The notes beneath the pieces were generated by a model, which did no database searches, was not told where the DNA came from, and saw only the letters and a list, made by a program, of their open reading frames with translations. Made by a program: the position numbers and the translations under genes. This document shows positions 8,506 to 22,488 of a stretch of DNA of 44,973 nucleotides, in pieces (position 1 is the first letter of the stretch; each line of letters opens with the position of its first letter). This DNA is from an uncultured archaeon. Lineage in GTDB: Archaea > Altiarchaeota > Altiarchaeia > JAFGQM01. Location of the stretch: contig CAZQBY010000010.1 in the NCBI GenBank assembly GCA_964592405.1, positions 1-44,973 on the forward strand. The letters run 5' to 3'.

Positions 8506-9897
8506 TTACTGCTCTTTGACCACCAGTATATTCCCTTTGAGGTGCATTTCTCTGGCAGGGTAGTATTTCCTCTTGATATTAATGCCCTTCAGTTCATTGC
8601 CGCGCATGATAATTTTTGTTACCCTGCCAAGTTTTTTACCCTTGGTTGAGACAACCTCCCTGCCCAGATACCTGTCCTCCAGTTGCTTCTTGCGTTCCAC
8701 ATAGTCAAAGAAGACTATCTTCAGCAGGTAGTGGCTCACGAGCAGGACAACAAAGGCTATGAGAAGGTTTATGAGCAGGTTCTGCATTGGATTAAAGCCC
8801 TTATTAATAGGTATGGTCGTGGAGTCAGAGCTTATTGAGATTATAAACCAGTAGAGACTTGCTGAAATATACTTTATCAGAACGCCGAGGATTATGATAT
8901 TGATATAGCGCTTTATCCTGAGATAGTTCTTTAGAAGGAAATTGTGAATGATAAAGCCCACTGCTATCATCGACACGGCTACTATCAGGAGGTCTATTGC
9001 AGCGAAATCCGCCCCCGTGCTTGAGAAGAGGAAGAAGTTCAGTGCCAGGATCGGCTGGCTACCAAAGGCATCGCCGACGCTTTTGGGATTGGCTACGGTG
9101 TTTGGCCGGTATATGGCATCAAGATTTCTCTGGACCTGGAGATATCCAGTCACCAACGACAACATCAACACAACCACCGCCAGCAGGTTGAACACCTTGT
9201 AGATGTTACCCTTCAGAAGGGAATCCCTCACCTCACTCAGTCCAGAGAATAACTGCTCATCATAGCCGAACCCCTTGGCTATTAGGTAAATACCAATTAT
9301 GGCGAGTATGGCCTCAACAATGGGTATGCCAAAGTAGGACAGTATAACAATCAGGAATATCAGAATACCAGGCAGTCCAAATATCGTCTTGGCCTGTGCA
9401 GGATTCTCACCTACCTTACGGAAGAAGTCCTGTATCTTGAAATAGGCGCTCTCCAGCGGACGTGCGAGCTTTACTGTAACTGTTTTGATGGAGAGTATCT
9501 TGGTTTCACTCTGGATGAGGGGTATGATCTCTTCATCTTCTGCTCCATCAGTAACGAGTACTACGCCTCTCGGCTTGAACATTTCTAGGACCCTGACAAG
9601 CTGGTTGCCTATCTTCTGGTCACTCTTGACACCCACCTGCTTATCCCCCGTCAGCGTCACTACCTCTACCCCGCCATGGTAGATGTGTTCGCTTTCCCTC
9701 TTGGTCTTAATGGCGGCGAATATGGCATTTACGTCAGAATCCTCCGGGTCGGCCATGGCCAAGGCATTGGCCGCCTTGAAATTCTCTGCCTCGCCGATTA
9801 TTGGGCCACGGATGGCTGCCTTGCTGCCCAAGTCATTGTCCCTGTCTATGCAGAGGACTAGGACCTCCACCCTTTTCAGCGCTCTTTCTGTGGGCAT
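8506..9897 (-). CDS. Polytopic membrane protein, DUF373-like N-terminal domain with a C-terminal PRC-barrel-like segment
   Basis: 463 aa. The N-terminus VLVLCIDRDNDLG resembles the archaeal DUF373 signature. Multiple TM helices follow, and the C-terminus LGREVVSTKGKKLGRVTKII looks like a PRC barrel. Confidence 0.6.
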   Translation of the reverse strand: MPTERALKRVEVLVLCIDRDNDLGSKAAIRGPIIGEAENFKAANALAMADPEDSDVNAIFAAIKTKRESEHIYHGGVEVVTLTGDKQVGVKSDQKIGNQLVRVLEMFKPRGVVLVTDGAEDEEIIPLIQSETKILSIKTVTVKLARPLESAYFKIQDFFRKVGENPAQAKTIFGLPGILIFLIVILSYFGIPIVEAILAIIGIYLIAKGFGYDEQLFSGLSEVRDSLLKGNIYKVFNLLAVVVLMLSLVTGYLQVQRNLDAIYRPNTVANPKSVGDAFGSQPILALNFFLFSSTGADFAAIDLLIVAVSMIAVGFIIHNFLLKNYLRIKRYINIIILGVLIKYISASLYWFIISISSDSTTIPINKGFNPMQNLLINLLIAFVVLLVSHYLLKIVFFDYVERKKQLEDRYLGREVVSTKGKKLGRVTKIIMRGNELKGINIKRKYYPAREMHLKGNILVVKEQ

Positions 9898-9969
9898 GAT
9901 GTCTGCATTAGTTTTGGCGCTCAGTCAATAAAAAACATCTATTTTTAAGGCTTCATGTCTTAATTTACC

Positions 9970-10977
9970 ATGGCCAAGAGGAGATCCGGATATGTAAAAA
10001 TAAAACCCCCAACTGAACCACTCCCAAAATCAAAAAAGGAGAGCCGGATAATCATAGAGGGCCAGAGGAAGCCGCTCACCATGTCACAGACACTCATTGC
10101 CTTCCTCATAGCGGTGATAATCTTCCTCTTTTTCAAGAGCATGGGTTTTGCACAGGAGGTTTACCTACTTCTGGCCGGAATATTCTTTATTTTGAGTATT
10201 TTCCTGTTTGGATCTATTGTGTTTTTGGAGACATACGAACGGGCAGTTGTGCAGAGATACGGACGATTCAACAGGGTTGCAGGGCCGGGCTGGGCAATCA
10301 TACTCCCGGTTATTGAAACCTACAACATAGTTGACATGCGTATCAAGACGCTGGATCTCTTGGGTTATGAGGCCATCACCAAGGACAACATCCGCCTCTA
10401 TCTGGACATTGTTGTCTATGCTAAGATAATTGATCCCTACAAGGCGGTGCTTGAAGTAAAGGATGTCAATACAGCCATTCTCACCTTTCTGAAATCCATC
10501 ACTAGGGAGACTGTGGGTAACCTAACTGCGGAGGAGGTTATATCCAATATTGCCAAGGTCAACGAGCTGTTGACTGGTGAGCGAGAGAGACTGAAAGAGG
10601 AATGGGGAGTTGACCTTATCTCGGTGGAGATACAGGAAATCACGCTTCCGGGAAGAGTCCAGGAGAGTATGCATGACCTCAGGTCAGCTGAGTATCAGCG
10701 GCAGGTCATTGAACAGAGGGCCTTTGCCCGTGAGGCCCTCATTAATGCGATACAGAGGGCGGCCAGTAAACTGGACAATCCCACACTGTCATATATGTAT
10801 CTTGAAGCGTTGAAGAAGGTCGCGGACGGAAAGGCTACCAAGCTTATATTCCCAATGGAGCTGACCCGGTTGGCTGAGTCGGTATCCAAGAACTTCGGCG
10901 CCGACAAGGACAAATTCCTGCAGGATATCATCAAAGCCTACCAGGAAACAGTGGCCAAGGATATCCCCAAGAAATGA
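9970..10977 (+). CDS. SPFH/band-7 (stomatin/prohibitin-like) membrane protein
   Basis: 335 aa. There is an N-terminal TM segment, then ETYERAVVQRYGRFNRVAGPGWAIILPVIE and an SPFH core followed by a coiled-coil tail. Confidence 0.85.
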   Translation: MAKRRSGYVKIKPPTEPLPKSKKESRIIIEGQRKPLTMSQTLIAFLIAVIIFLFFKSMGFAQEVYLLLAGIFFILSIFLFGSIVFLETYERAVVQRYGRFNRVAGPGWAIILPVIETYNIVDMRIKTLDLLGYEAITKDNIRLYLDIVVYAKIIDPYKAVLEVKDVNTAILTFLKSITRETVGNLTAEEVISNIAKVNELLTGERERLKEEWGVDLISVEIQEITLPGRVQESMHDLRSAEYQRQVIEQRAFAREALINAIQRAASKLDNPTLSYMYLEALKKVADGKATKLIFPMELTRLAESVSKNFGADKDKFLQDIIKAYQETVAKDIPKK

Positions 10978-10987
10978 TTTCTTCAAG

Positions 10988-11554
10988 ATGGCCAAGCCAA
11001 GTTACCCAATGATAGTGCCATTGCCAAAGCTTTTGATGGCTGTTTTCGGAATTCCGGAGGAGCGGGCCAATATCCTGATGAAACGCCATGGTTCTTATGC
11101 CCTCCGGATGCTGGCAATAAACGATTTTTGGCTGTGGCCACGGCCGGGAGGGTTTTCATACCTCTGCTTGGAACCTTGGCAGAGACACAGCACTGAAACA
11201 ATAGTGGCAGCCTATCTCAACAAGCCAGGCAGGGTCCGAAGCTTTGCCAATAAAGCAGCCAAACTCCTTCACAGCGCCAAGGAGGAACTTCCCGGAGGAG
11301 AAAACAGGCGTATGTATTCCCAATGGATGCGCGCCCATCGCCATATTGCCAAGAGACCGAAAAAGCTAATCCGGGCTATGGAGGAGCTGAGAGCCGAAGT
11401 AAATAACACACCAATTGAACATAGGGAGGCTAACAGCAGGATGGCCCGACAGTGGTTGCATCAGGTTGGCAGGACGGAATTGCTCCTGAGAATAGAACGT
11501 ATGCACGGGGGGCGAGGGAGCGGCGGACATGGAAAAAGGAAACCCGAGAAATGA
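10988..11554 (+). CDS. Hypothetical protein (uncertain; R/W/H-rich)
   Basis: This is the only long ORF in the 620-nt gap between the SPFH gene and trpB. Its composition is atypical, with no recognisable motif and no NfeD-like features. Confidence 0.3.
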   Translation: MAKPSYPMIVPLPKLLMAVFGIPEERANILMKRHGSYALRMLAINDFWLWPRPGGFSYLCLEPWQRHSTETIVAAYLNKPGRVRSFANKAAKLLHSAKEELPGGENRRMYSQWMRAHRHIAKRPKKLIRAMEELRAEVNNTPIEHREANSRMARQWLHQVGRTELLLRIERMHGGRGSGGHGKRKPEK

Positions 11555-11604
11555 AAAACTCCGGATATCTTCTTTTATATCAAAGCATCGTCTAACATTA
11601 ACTC

Positions 11605-12792
11605 ATGACTTATCCTGATTGCAAGGGAAAATTTGAAGACTACGGCGGCCAGTTTGTGCCGGAGGTCCTCATGGGTGCGGTGCATGAGCTGGCAGAGGCT
11701 TATGGGAAGTACAAGGATGACTCAAAATTCAAAAGGGAGCTGGATAGTCTTCTCACCCAATATGCCGGCCGGCCAACTGCGCTCACCTTCTGCGAGCGGC
11801 TGACGGAAGAGTATGGCCCGAAGATATATCTAAAACGCGAGGATTTGGCACATACGGGCGCCCACAAGATAAACAACGCGCTGGGGCAGGCCCTGCTGGC
11901 GAAGTATATGGGCAAGACGCGTCTTATAGCGGAGACTGGGGCCGGCCAGCACGGCGTGGCTACTGCGACCGCTGGCGCAAAACTGGGGCTCAAGACGGAT
12001 ATCTACATGGGGACTGTGGATATGAAGCGCCAAGAGCTCAATGTCTTCCGCATGAGGCTTATGGGTGCGCGCGTCATACCGGTAGAATCCGGCTCCAAGA
12101 CGCTCAAGGATGCCATCAACGAGGCCATGCGCGACTGGGTGGCCAGTTTCCCCACCACCCATTATCTCCTTGGCTCAGTTCTGGGACCACACCCATATCC
12201 AATGATGGTGCGTAACTTCCAGTCTGTGATAGGAAAAGAGCTCAAAAAGCAGATTATGGAGCGCGAAGGCCGGCTGCCCTCTGCGATAGTCGCCTGTGTG
12301 GGTGGCGGGAGCAATGCCATAGGCGCTTGGTATGAGTTTCTCGATGATAAGGACGTCGAACTCATAGGTGTTGAGGCTGGTGGAAAAGGCATCAGGGGAG
12401 GTGAGCATGCCGCGCGCTTCGCTGATGTCAAAAGGGGCAGGAGGGGCGTCCTCCATGGAACACACACATTCATCCTTCAGGATAAATACGGTCAGATAGC
12501 AACAACCCACTCTATATCTGCTGGCCTTGACTACTCTGCAGTGGGACCGGAGCACTCTATGCTCCACGACTTCAAGCGGGCGAAGTACACCTATGCCACA
12601 GATGATGAGGCATTAGAAGCTGTTAGGATTCTCTGTGAAAAAGAAGGTATTCTGCCTGCATTGGAAAGCGCACATGCGGTTGCACATGCATTGAAGATTG
12701 CATCTCATTATGACAGAAATGATATCATAGTCATAAACCTGTCGGGCAGGGGAGATAAAGACATTGACACCATAATAAAAAACCTGAGATGA
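11605..12792 (+). CDS. trpB: Tryptophan synthase beta chain
   Basis: 395 aa with [34 protein letters not shown] and GGGSNAIG motifs. Confidence 0.95.
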   Translation: MTYPDCKGKFEDYGGQFVPEVLMGAVHELAEAYGKYKDDSKFKRELDSLLTQYAGRPTALTFCERLTEEYGPKIYLKREDLAHTGAHKINNALGQALLAKYMGKTRLIAETGAGQHGVATATAGAKLGLKTDIYMGTVDMKRQELNVFRMRLMGARVIPVESGSKTLKDAINEAMRDWVASFPTTHYLLGSVLGPHPYPMMVRNFQSVIGKELKKQIMEREGRLPSAIVACVGGGSNAIGAWYEFLDDKDVELIGVEAGGKGIRGGEHAARFADVKRGRRGVLHGTHTFILQDKYGQIATTHSISAGLDYSAVGPEHSMLHDFKRAKYTYATDDEALEAVRILCEKEGILPALESAHAVAHALKIASHYDRNDIIVINLSGRGDKDIDTIIKNLR

Positions 12793-13583
12793 GAATATCA
12801 GAGAAGTTTGGAGAGCTTAAAAGAAGAGGTGAGAAGGCACTTATACTCTATATTACCTGTGGTGATCCATCCGCAGAGGAAACCATAAAAATTGCGCGCA
12901 GGATAATCGATGCAGGCTGTGATATTTTGGAGCTGGGCCTTCCCTTCTCGGATCCCTTGGCTGACGGCCCTACAATCGAGGCGGCCAGCCAGAGGGCCAT
13001 AGCCGCAGGCATGACTACTGACCTCTACTTCAGAACCTGCGCAAAAATCGCTGGTGTGCCCAAGGTTTGCATGACCTATTACAATCTGATATATCAGTAT
13101 GGGTTAGAGCGCTTCGCCAAGGCATGTCATAATTCTGGCATAACGGGGCTGATAGTGCCGGATCTTCCACCAGAGGAGTCCGGACCGCTTAAAAAAGCAT
13201 GTGATGAGAACGGCGTGGATCTGGTTTTCATAGTATCACCGCAGACGTCGGAGGAGAGGCTTGCCATAATCAAAAAAGCAATCTCTTCTGGTAAATCTCG
13301 TATAACCGAGTGTTATGGCGGTTTTATCTACCTCCAATCAGTCTTGGGAATCACCGGTGCAAGAGACGATTTAAAACTCCGGCTTGCTGCCAGCATAAGA
13401 GAGCTTAAAAAATTTGGTCTTCCCGTAGCTGTGGGCTTTGGCATATCCAGACCAGACCAGATAAGGGAGAGCATACAACAGGGTGCAGATGGCGTCATTA
13501 TCGGCAGTGCCCTCATCGAGAGGATAAATGAGGGGAAGGACATAGCATCCTTTGTTCGCTCACTAAAGGAGGCAACGATTTAA
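12789..13583 (+). CDS. trpA: Tryptophan synthase alpha chain
   Basis: 264 aa with ILYITCGDP and [19 protein letters not shown]. There is an ATGA start/stop overlap with trpB. Confidence 0.9.
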   Translation: MRISEKFGELKRRGEKALILYITCGDPSAEETIKIARRIIDAGCDILELGLPFSDPLADGPTIEAASQRAIAAGMTTDLYFRTCAKIAGVPKVCMTYYNLIYQYGLERFAKACHNSGITGLIVPDLPPEESGPLKKACDENGVDLVFIVSPQTSEERLAIIKKAISSGKSRITECYGGFIYLQSVLGITGARDDLKLRLAASIRELKKFGLPVAVGFGISRPDQIRESIQQGADGVIIGSALIERINEGKDIASFVRSLKEATI

Positions 13584-13616
13584 TATTTTTCTTTTTCACC
13601 CGGCAAACTCTAAAAA

Positions 13617-14117
13617 ATGGTGAATGAACATACTCTTGTACTGATAAAACCGGATGGGCTGGTGAAATCCCTAACCGGAAACATAATCTCAAAACTCTCT
13701 GAAACAGAACTCAGGATACTTGGAGCGAAGATAGTGAGGGTGGACAGGAAACTGGCTGAAGAGCATTACAAGCATCTCAAGGACAAGCCGTTCTTTGAGG
13801 AGCTGCTGAAATATATTCAGGGGTACTACCACACCCGCCGCGTCCTTGCGATGGTTTATGGGGGAGAGAATGCTATAGAAAAGGTCAGGCGGATAGCTGG
13901 TGCGACCAACCCCGAGGAAGCCGATCCCATATCCATAAGGGGCAAATATGGGCGGATTACAACATCCGGGGTCTATGAGAATGTCATTCATGCCTCCGAG
14001 AATGTCAAAGAGGCTGAACGGGAAATCAAGCTGTGGTTCAAACCGGATGAAATTGTTGACCCCATATATCCGGTCAAGAAGGTGAAGAAGGAGGTTGAGG
14101 TGCTTGAGTGGGCATAG
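13617..14117 (+). CDS. ndk: Nucleoside diphosphate kinase
   Basis: TLVLIKPDG, GATNPEEADPISIRGKYG and NVIHASENVKEAEREIKLWF closely match archaeal NDK, including the catalytic His in NVIHAS. Confidence 0.9.
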   Translation: MVNEHTLVLIKPDGLVKSLTGNIISKLSETELRILGAKIVRVDRKLAEEHYKHLKDKPFFEELLKYIQGYYHTRRVLAMVYGGENAIEKVRRIAGATNPEEADPISIRGKYGRITTSGVYENVIHASENVKEAEREIKLWFKPDEIVDPIYPVKKVKKEVEVLEWA

Positions 14118-14173
14118 AACGTTGCTGATCTGCAAATAGCCAGAGAGCTGCGGAGGCAAACCACCGAAAAGCT

Positions 14174-14185
14174 TTTTAATAAAAC
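14174..14185 (+). promoter_or_regulatory. Candidate BRE/TATA element (gaaaagc TTTTTAATAAAA) upstream of the rpoH-rpoB-rpoA operon
   Basis: An AT-rich TATA-like octamer preceded by a purine-rich BRE-like stretch, about 85 nt upstream of the rpoH ATG. Confidence 0.35.
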
Positions 14186-14266
14186 CCTTCTAAAATAAGG
14201 CACTTTTCCCGTTGTCGGGTTTCATGTTTCATCAGCTATTTGGTTCCATGCACTCTGAGGTGAAAA

Positions 14267-14497
14267 TTGTCGGTTAACATCCAATCTCACGTTCTTGTCC
14301 CCCAGCATGAGATACTTGATGAAGCCAGTGCCAAGAAGGTTCTGATGAAGTATGGTGTAGACCGTTCTAAGCTCCCCAAGATAAAAAAGAGCGACGCTGC
14401 CCTGCCCGAGGGTGCGAAAATCGGGGATATAATCCAAATCACCAGAAAATCGCCGACTGCAGGTGTTTCTCTCTACTATAGGGTTGTTGTGGAATGA
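14267..14497 (+). CDS. rpoH: DNA-directed RNA polymerase subunit H (Rpb5 homolog)
   Basis: 76 aa: HVLVPQHEILDEASAKKVLMKYGVDRSKLPKI...GDIIQITRKSPTAGVSLYYRVVV. Confidence 0.9.
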   Translation: MSVNIQSHVLVPQHEILDEASAKKVLMKYGVDRSKLPKIKKSDAALPEGAKIGDIIQITRKSPTAGVSLYYRVVVE

Positions 14498-14534
14498 CCC
14501 TTCCCACTATTCACTATAAAACCAAGACATCAAA

Positions 14535-17500
14535 ATGCAGATAACACGAGACGACCTCATAAAACACCAGCTGAACTCCTATAATGATTTTGTCAACAAT
14601 GTCATGCAGGAGATAGTCGATGAGACGGGCATTATCGATACAAGAATACCAAACTTCCAGATAAAGTTCGGAAAGATATCCCTAAAAAAGCCCGACACAA
14701 AGGAGATGGACTCTACGGTCCACCGCATAACGCCAAATGATGCCCGTCTGAGGAATATGACCTATTCGGGTAAACTGGTTCTGGAAATTATAGGGGTGCA
14801 GGACGGAATTGAAAAAACACCCATAAATGCAGTCATAGGCGAATTCCCGATAATGGTCAAGAGCGACTACTGCTGGCTCACTGGTCTAAATGAAAAGGAG
14901 TTAGCTGAGCTGGGCGAGGACCCAAAGGACTTTGGGGGATACTTCATAATCAACGGAAGGGAGCGGGTGGTAATCATACTGGAGGACTTGGCCCCCAATA
15001 CCATCATTACCAGTCTTGATGAGGTAGCCGGCAAGGATAACATCACGGTCAAGGTCTTCTCCACCCGCCAGGGTTTCAGGAGCAGGATTGCTGTCACAAG
15101 GAAAGAAATGAGAACAGGTGAAACCCTCTATGTCTCTTTCCCCGGTCTGCCACGCATACTTCCGTTGTCTGTTGTCCTTCGTGCGCTGGGTCTCAAAGAC
15201 GACCAGATACTTGAGCTTTTCGAGGACGAGGAAAAGCCGGAGATGAAGGTCAATCTGGAGCTGTGTAAGGTCAAAAATCAGCGGGAGGCACTCGAATATA
15301 TAGGTGTCCGTGTTGCTGTGGGCCAGAGGAAGGAGATACAGGTCACTCGTGCGCAGCAGGTCCTTGACCTGTTCCTGCTGCCACATATAGGGAACGAGCC
15401 AGAACTAAGGCAGAGGAAGGCAATCTTCCTGACCCGCATGGCGAAGAGAGCCATCGAGATTGATCTTGGAACAAGAGATGTGGATGACAAGGACCATTAT
15501 ATGAACAAGCGACTGAAGATAGCTGGTGACATGATGGAAGAACTCTTCAGAACCGCATTTGGCGCACTTGTAAAGGACATCAAATATCAGACCGAAAAGA
15601 ACTATGCCCGGAGAAAGCGCATTGATCTGAGGCGTGCCGTCCGTCCGGAGGTCTTCACAAAGAGGGTTATGTATTCACTCGCCACCGGGAACTGGCCCGG
15701 CGGGAGGACCGGTATTTCACAGATACTGGATCGCACTAATTATATAGCAGTTTTGGCCCATCTCAGAAGGGTTACATCCACCCTTTCACGCACTCATCCG
15801 CATTTTGAGGCCAGGGACCTCCATGGTACCCATTGGGGCAGGTTCTGCCCCTGTGAAACTCCTGAAGGACAGAACTGTGGCTTGGTCAAGAATCTGGCCC
15901 TGTCTGCGCACATAACCCGGGAACAGGACCCGCGGGTAGTCGAGCAGATGCTAAAGGAGTTCAATGTTGAGAGCGGAAAATACGTCATTGAGGTTAATGG
16001 CAGGATAATTGGTTTTACAAACAACCCAAAAAGTGTTACAAACAAGATAAAAACCCTGAGAAGACAGGGCAAGCTCTCAAATGACATCAATATAGGGGTG
16101 TTTGAGGATAACAAGGAGATACAGATATTTTGTGACAAGGGCCGTGTGCAAAGACCGCTGGCAATAGTGGAGAACGGAAAGCCACTAATCTCAAGGGCTG
16201 AGCTAGAAGGCATTCTAAGAGGTGAGATAAACATTGATAAGCTTATTAAAGAAGGCAAGGTGGAGTATCTTGATTCTCTAGAAGAGGAAAACGCCTATAC
16301 AGCTATTGACATCAAAGAGCTCACTCCCCAACACACTCACCTAGAGCTGGACCCCTCGCTAATAGTAGGTGTTGGAGCATCGATAATACCCTATTCGGAA
16401 TATAACTCCTCACCTAGGATCACTATGGGGGCAGCCATGAGCAAGCAGTCCCTTGGCTATTATGCCACCAATTTTGTATCCAGAACAGATACCCGGGCGA
16501 ATCTGCTGCATTATGTCCAGAAGCCCATAGTCACAACACATGGTATGAAAATATCAGGCTATGAAGAACTCCCGAGTGGACAAAACTTCATTGTCGCTAT
16601 CATGAGCTATGAGGGCTACAACCTTGAAGATGCCTTGATATTCAATCAGTCCTCTGTAGAGAGGGGTTTGGGGATCTCCACTTTTTTTAGGACCTATGAA
16701 ATAGAAGAGAAGCGATATCCCGGTGGCCAGAAGGACAAGTTCCAGCTGGTTGGAGAGGACGTTGAGGGATACAGGGGAGCGGAAGCATATCGCTTCCTGG
16801 ATGAAACTGGTGTTATTGATCCGGGCATAGAGGTTGGCCCATCTGATGTTCTTGTGGGTAAATCCTCACCCCCGCGATTCCTGGAGGAGATAGGTGAGTT
16901 TGGGCTTCTGGGAGACAAGAGAAGAGAGTCTTCTCTTTGTGTCAGACCTAGGGAATCCGGTATTGTTGATCAGGTTATCATGACCCTTCTTGATAACGGC
17001 AACCGCTTGGTCAAGGTTCGTGTAAGAAAGGGGCGCTATCCGGAACTTGGGGACAAATTTGCTTCAAGGCATGGCCAGAAAGGCGTTATCGGCCTGCTTG
17101 TACGCCATGAGGATATGCCCTTTACTGGAAGCGGCATAGTTCCAGATCTGATTATAAATCCACATGCCATCCCGTCAAGAATGACTGTTGGTCATCTGCT
17201 TGAGATGATTGGTGCAAAGGTTGGGGCCATGGAAGGGAGGCAGGTAGATGGCACAGTATTCAAGGGAGAGAAGGAAAAAGACTTGCGTGAAGCTCTCAAG
17301 AAAGCAGGCTTTAAAGCTAGTGGTAAAGAGGTTATGTATGACGGTAAGACCGGCAGGAAGTTCGATTGTGAGATATACATAGCTCCCATATACTATCAAA
17401 AACTCCATCACATGGCCTCGGGCAAGATGCATGCGCGCTCTAGAGGGCCGGTTACGCTTCTTACTCACCAGCCTACAGAGGGCCGGGCCAATGAAGGGGG

Positions 17501-17785
17501 GCTGAGGTTCGGAGAGATGGAAAGAGATTGTCTTATAGGCCACGGGGCATCCCTCCTCCTCAGTGAACGACTGGTTGAGGAATCTGATCCATCTGAGATA
17601 CTTGTCTGTCCGGAGTGTGGAGAAGAGGCTGTAAGTGATGTTTCATCCGGCAAGTTTACATGTCCGGTATGTGGTGAAATAAGCCCTGTCTTGGTGAGGG
17701 TTCCACATGCGTTCAAACTCCTCTTGGATGAAATCAAGTCGATGTGTATCTCTACTGCCATCCTGACCGAGGAAAAGACGAAAAA

Positions 17786-17789
<4 letters not shown>
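14535..17789 (+). CDS. rpoB: DNA-directed RNA polymerase subunit B, unsplit (no B'/B'' division)
   Basis: 1084 aa with GGYFIINGRERVVI, the C-terminal zinc motif CPECGEE...CPVCGE, and the rest of the Rpb2 hallmarks. Confidence 0.95.
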
Positions 17790-21648
<3,859 letters not shown>

Positions 21649-21680
21649 TCAAATCAATCCACATACAAGAACAGACATAC

Positions 21681-21733
21681 AAGAACAGAAAATAACAGAA
21701 AATAACAGAAAATAACAGAAAATAACAGAAAAC
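21681..21733. repeat. Tandem 10-bp repeat (AATAACAGAA) x4 perfect, plus degenerate flanking copies
   Basis: Positions 21691-21730 are four perfect copies. The degenerate copies are acatacaaga, acagacatac and aagaacagaa. The array sits in the rpoA''-pgi intergenic spacer. Confidence 0.85.
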
Positions 21734-21767
21734 TGGCACTTTTTAAAATACTCTCCAAAATTAGGTT

Positions 21768-22286
21768 ATGGATCTTGATTTGAGAAATTTCAGCCTCCAT
21801 CTAGATGAGAACCAGAGGACTGTAAGGAGGCTCAGTGACATGAAGGGATTCTATGCTGATCAAGAGGCAGTTGCACAAATCCTAAAGGAATCTGACCCTG
21901 TGATATATGAGGTATATGCCTGCGAGTCCGAAGAAGAGGGTCCCGGAAATCTCTCATATGCCCTCACAGTCATCAATCCGGGTGATGTAGGGGGGGAATA
22001 TTACATGACAAAGGGGCACTTTCACCACAAGCCATCTGCTGAGCTCTATCTGGGTCTGGAGGGAGAAGGCATTCTTCTTTTACAGGATAGGGAAGGAAAT
22101 ACGAGGAGGATACCTCTTCTGCCGGGGAGGGTGTCATATGTCCCAGCAAACTATGCCCACAGATCGATTAACACAGGCCGTTCACAACTAAGATTTCTTG
22201 CCATATACCAGAGCGACTCTGGTCATGATTACGGCACAATAGAAAAAGAGGGCTTCAGGGAGAGAATTCTGGTCCAGAAAAATTAG
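21768..22286 (+). CDS. pgiA: Cupin-type glucose-6-phosphate isomerase (cPGI)
   Basis: VRRLSDMKGFY, DPVIYEVYA, TKGHFHHKPSAELYLGLEGEG, YVPANYAHRSINTG and FLAIYQSDSGHDYGTIEKEGF are near-identical to signature blocks of the Pyrococcus furiosus cupin PGI. Confidence 0.85.
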   Translation: MDLDLRNFSLHLDENQRTVRRLSDMKGFYADQEAVAQILKESDPVIYEVYACESEEEGPGNLSYALTVINPGDVGGEYYMTKGHFHHKPSAELYLGLEGEGILLLQDREGNTRRIPLLPGRVSYVPANYAHRSINTGRSQLRFLAIYQSDSGHDYGTIEKEGFRERILVQKN

Positions 22287-22488
22287 TGAAAAAACAGAGA
22301 CTGGCGGGATCAGCCACATGCCGACCAGCCGCATGATCTGCATAATTTACACCCTTCTACAAACTCCAGTGAACCTCCGCATTCAGGACATGTGGTCATG
22401 TGGAGTTAATGTCTTCAAGTATAAAAGTATTAAAACCCGCTCAGAATTTCATATATTTTTATTGTCTTGAAACCAATATGTTTTGAAT

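Noticed and set aside
10988-11554. Possibility that the 188-aa ORF is an NfeD partner of the SPFH protein
   Set aside because: It has no TM helices or OB-fold-like pattern. Its composition is odd (7 Trp, many Arg/His). It is retained only as a low-confidence hypothetical CDS.
14901-16258. Several 70-160-aa minus-strand ORFs inside rpoB, and similar ones inside rpoA' (for example 18830..19267)
   Set aside because: Antisense ORFs within strongly supported RNA polymerase genes.
17744-17785. N-terminal 14-codon extension of rpoA' in the ORF track (MYLYCHPDRGKDEK)
   Set aside because: It lies inside the rpoB coding region. The conserved RpoA' N-terminus starts at MIVKKEIRKL, with the ATG overlapping the rpoB stop as ATGA.
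21681-21733. Possible CRISPR array (also the 29947-30034 repeats)
   Set aside because: The repeats are 9-14 bp and directly tandem with no unique spacers of 30-40 bp. There is no cas gene nearby. These are simple microsatellite-like arrays.
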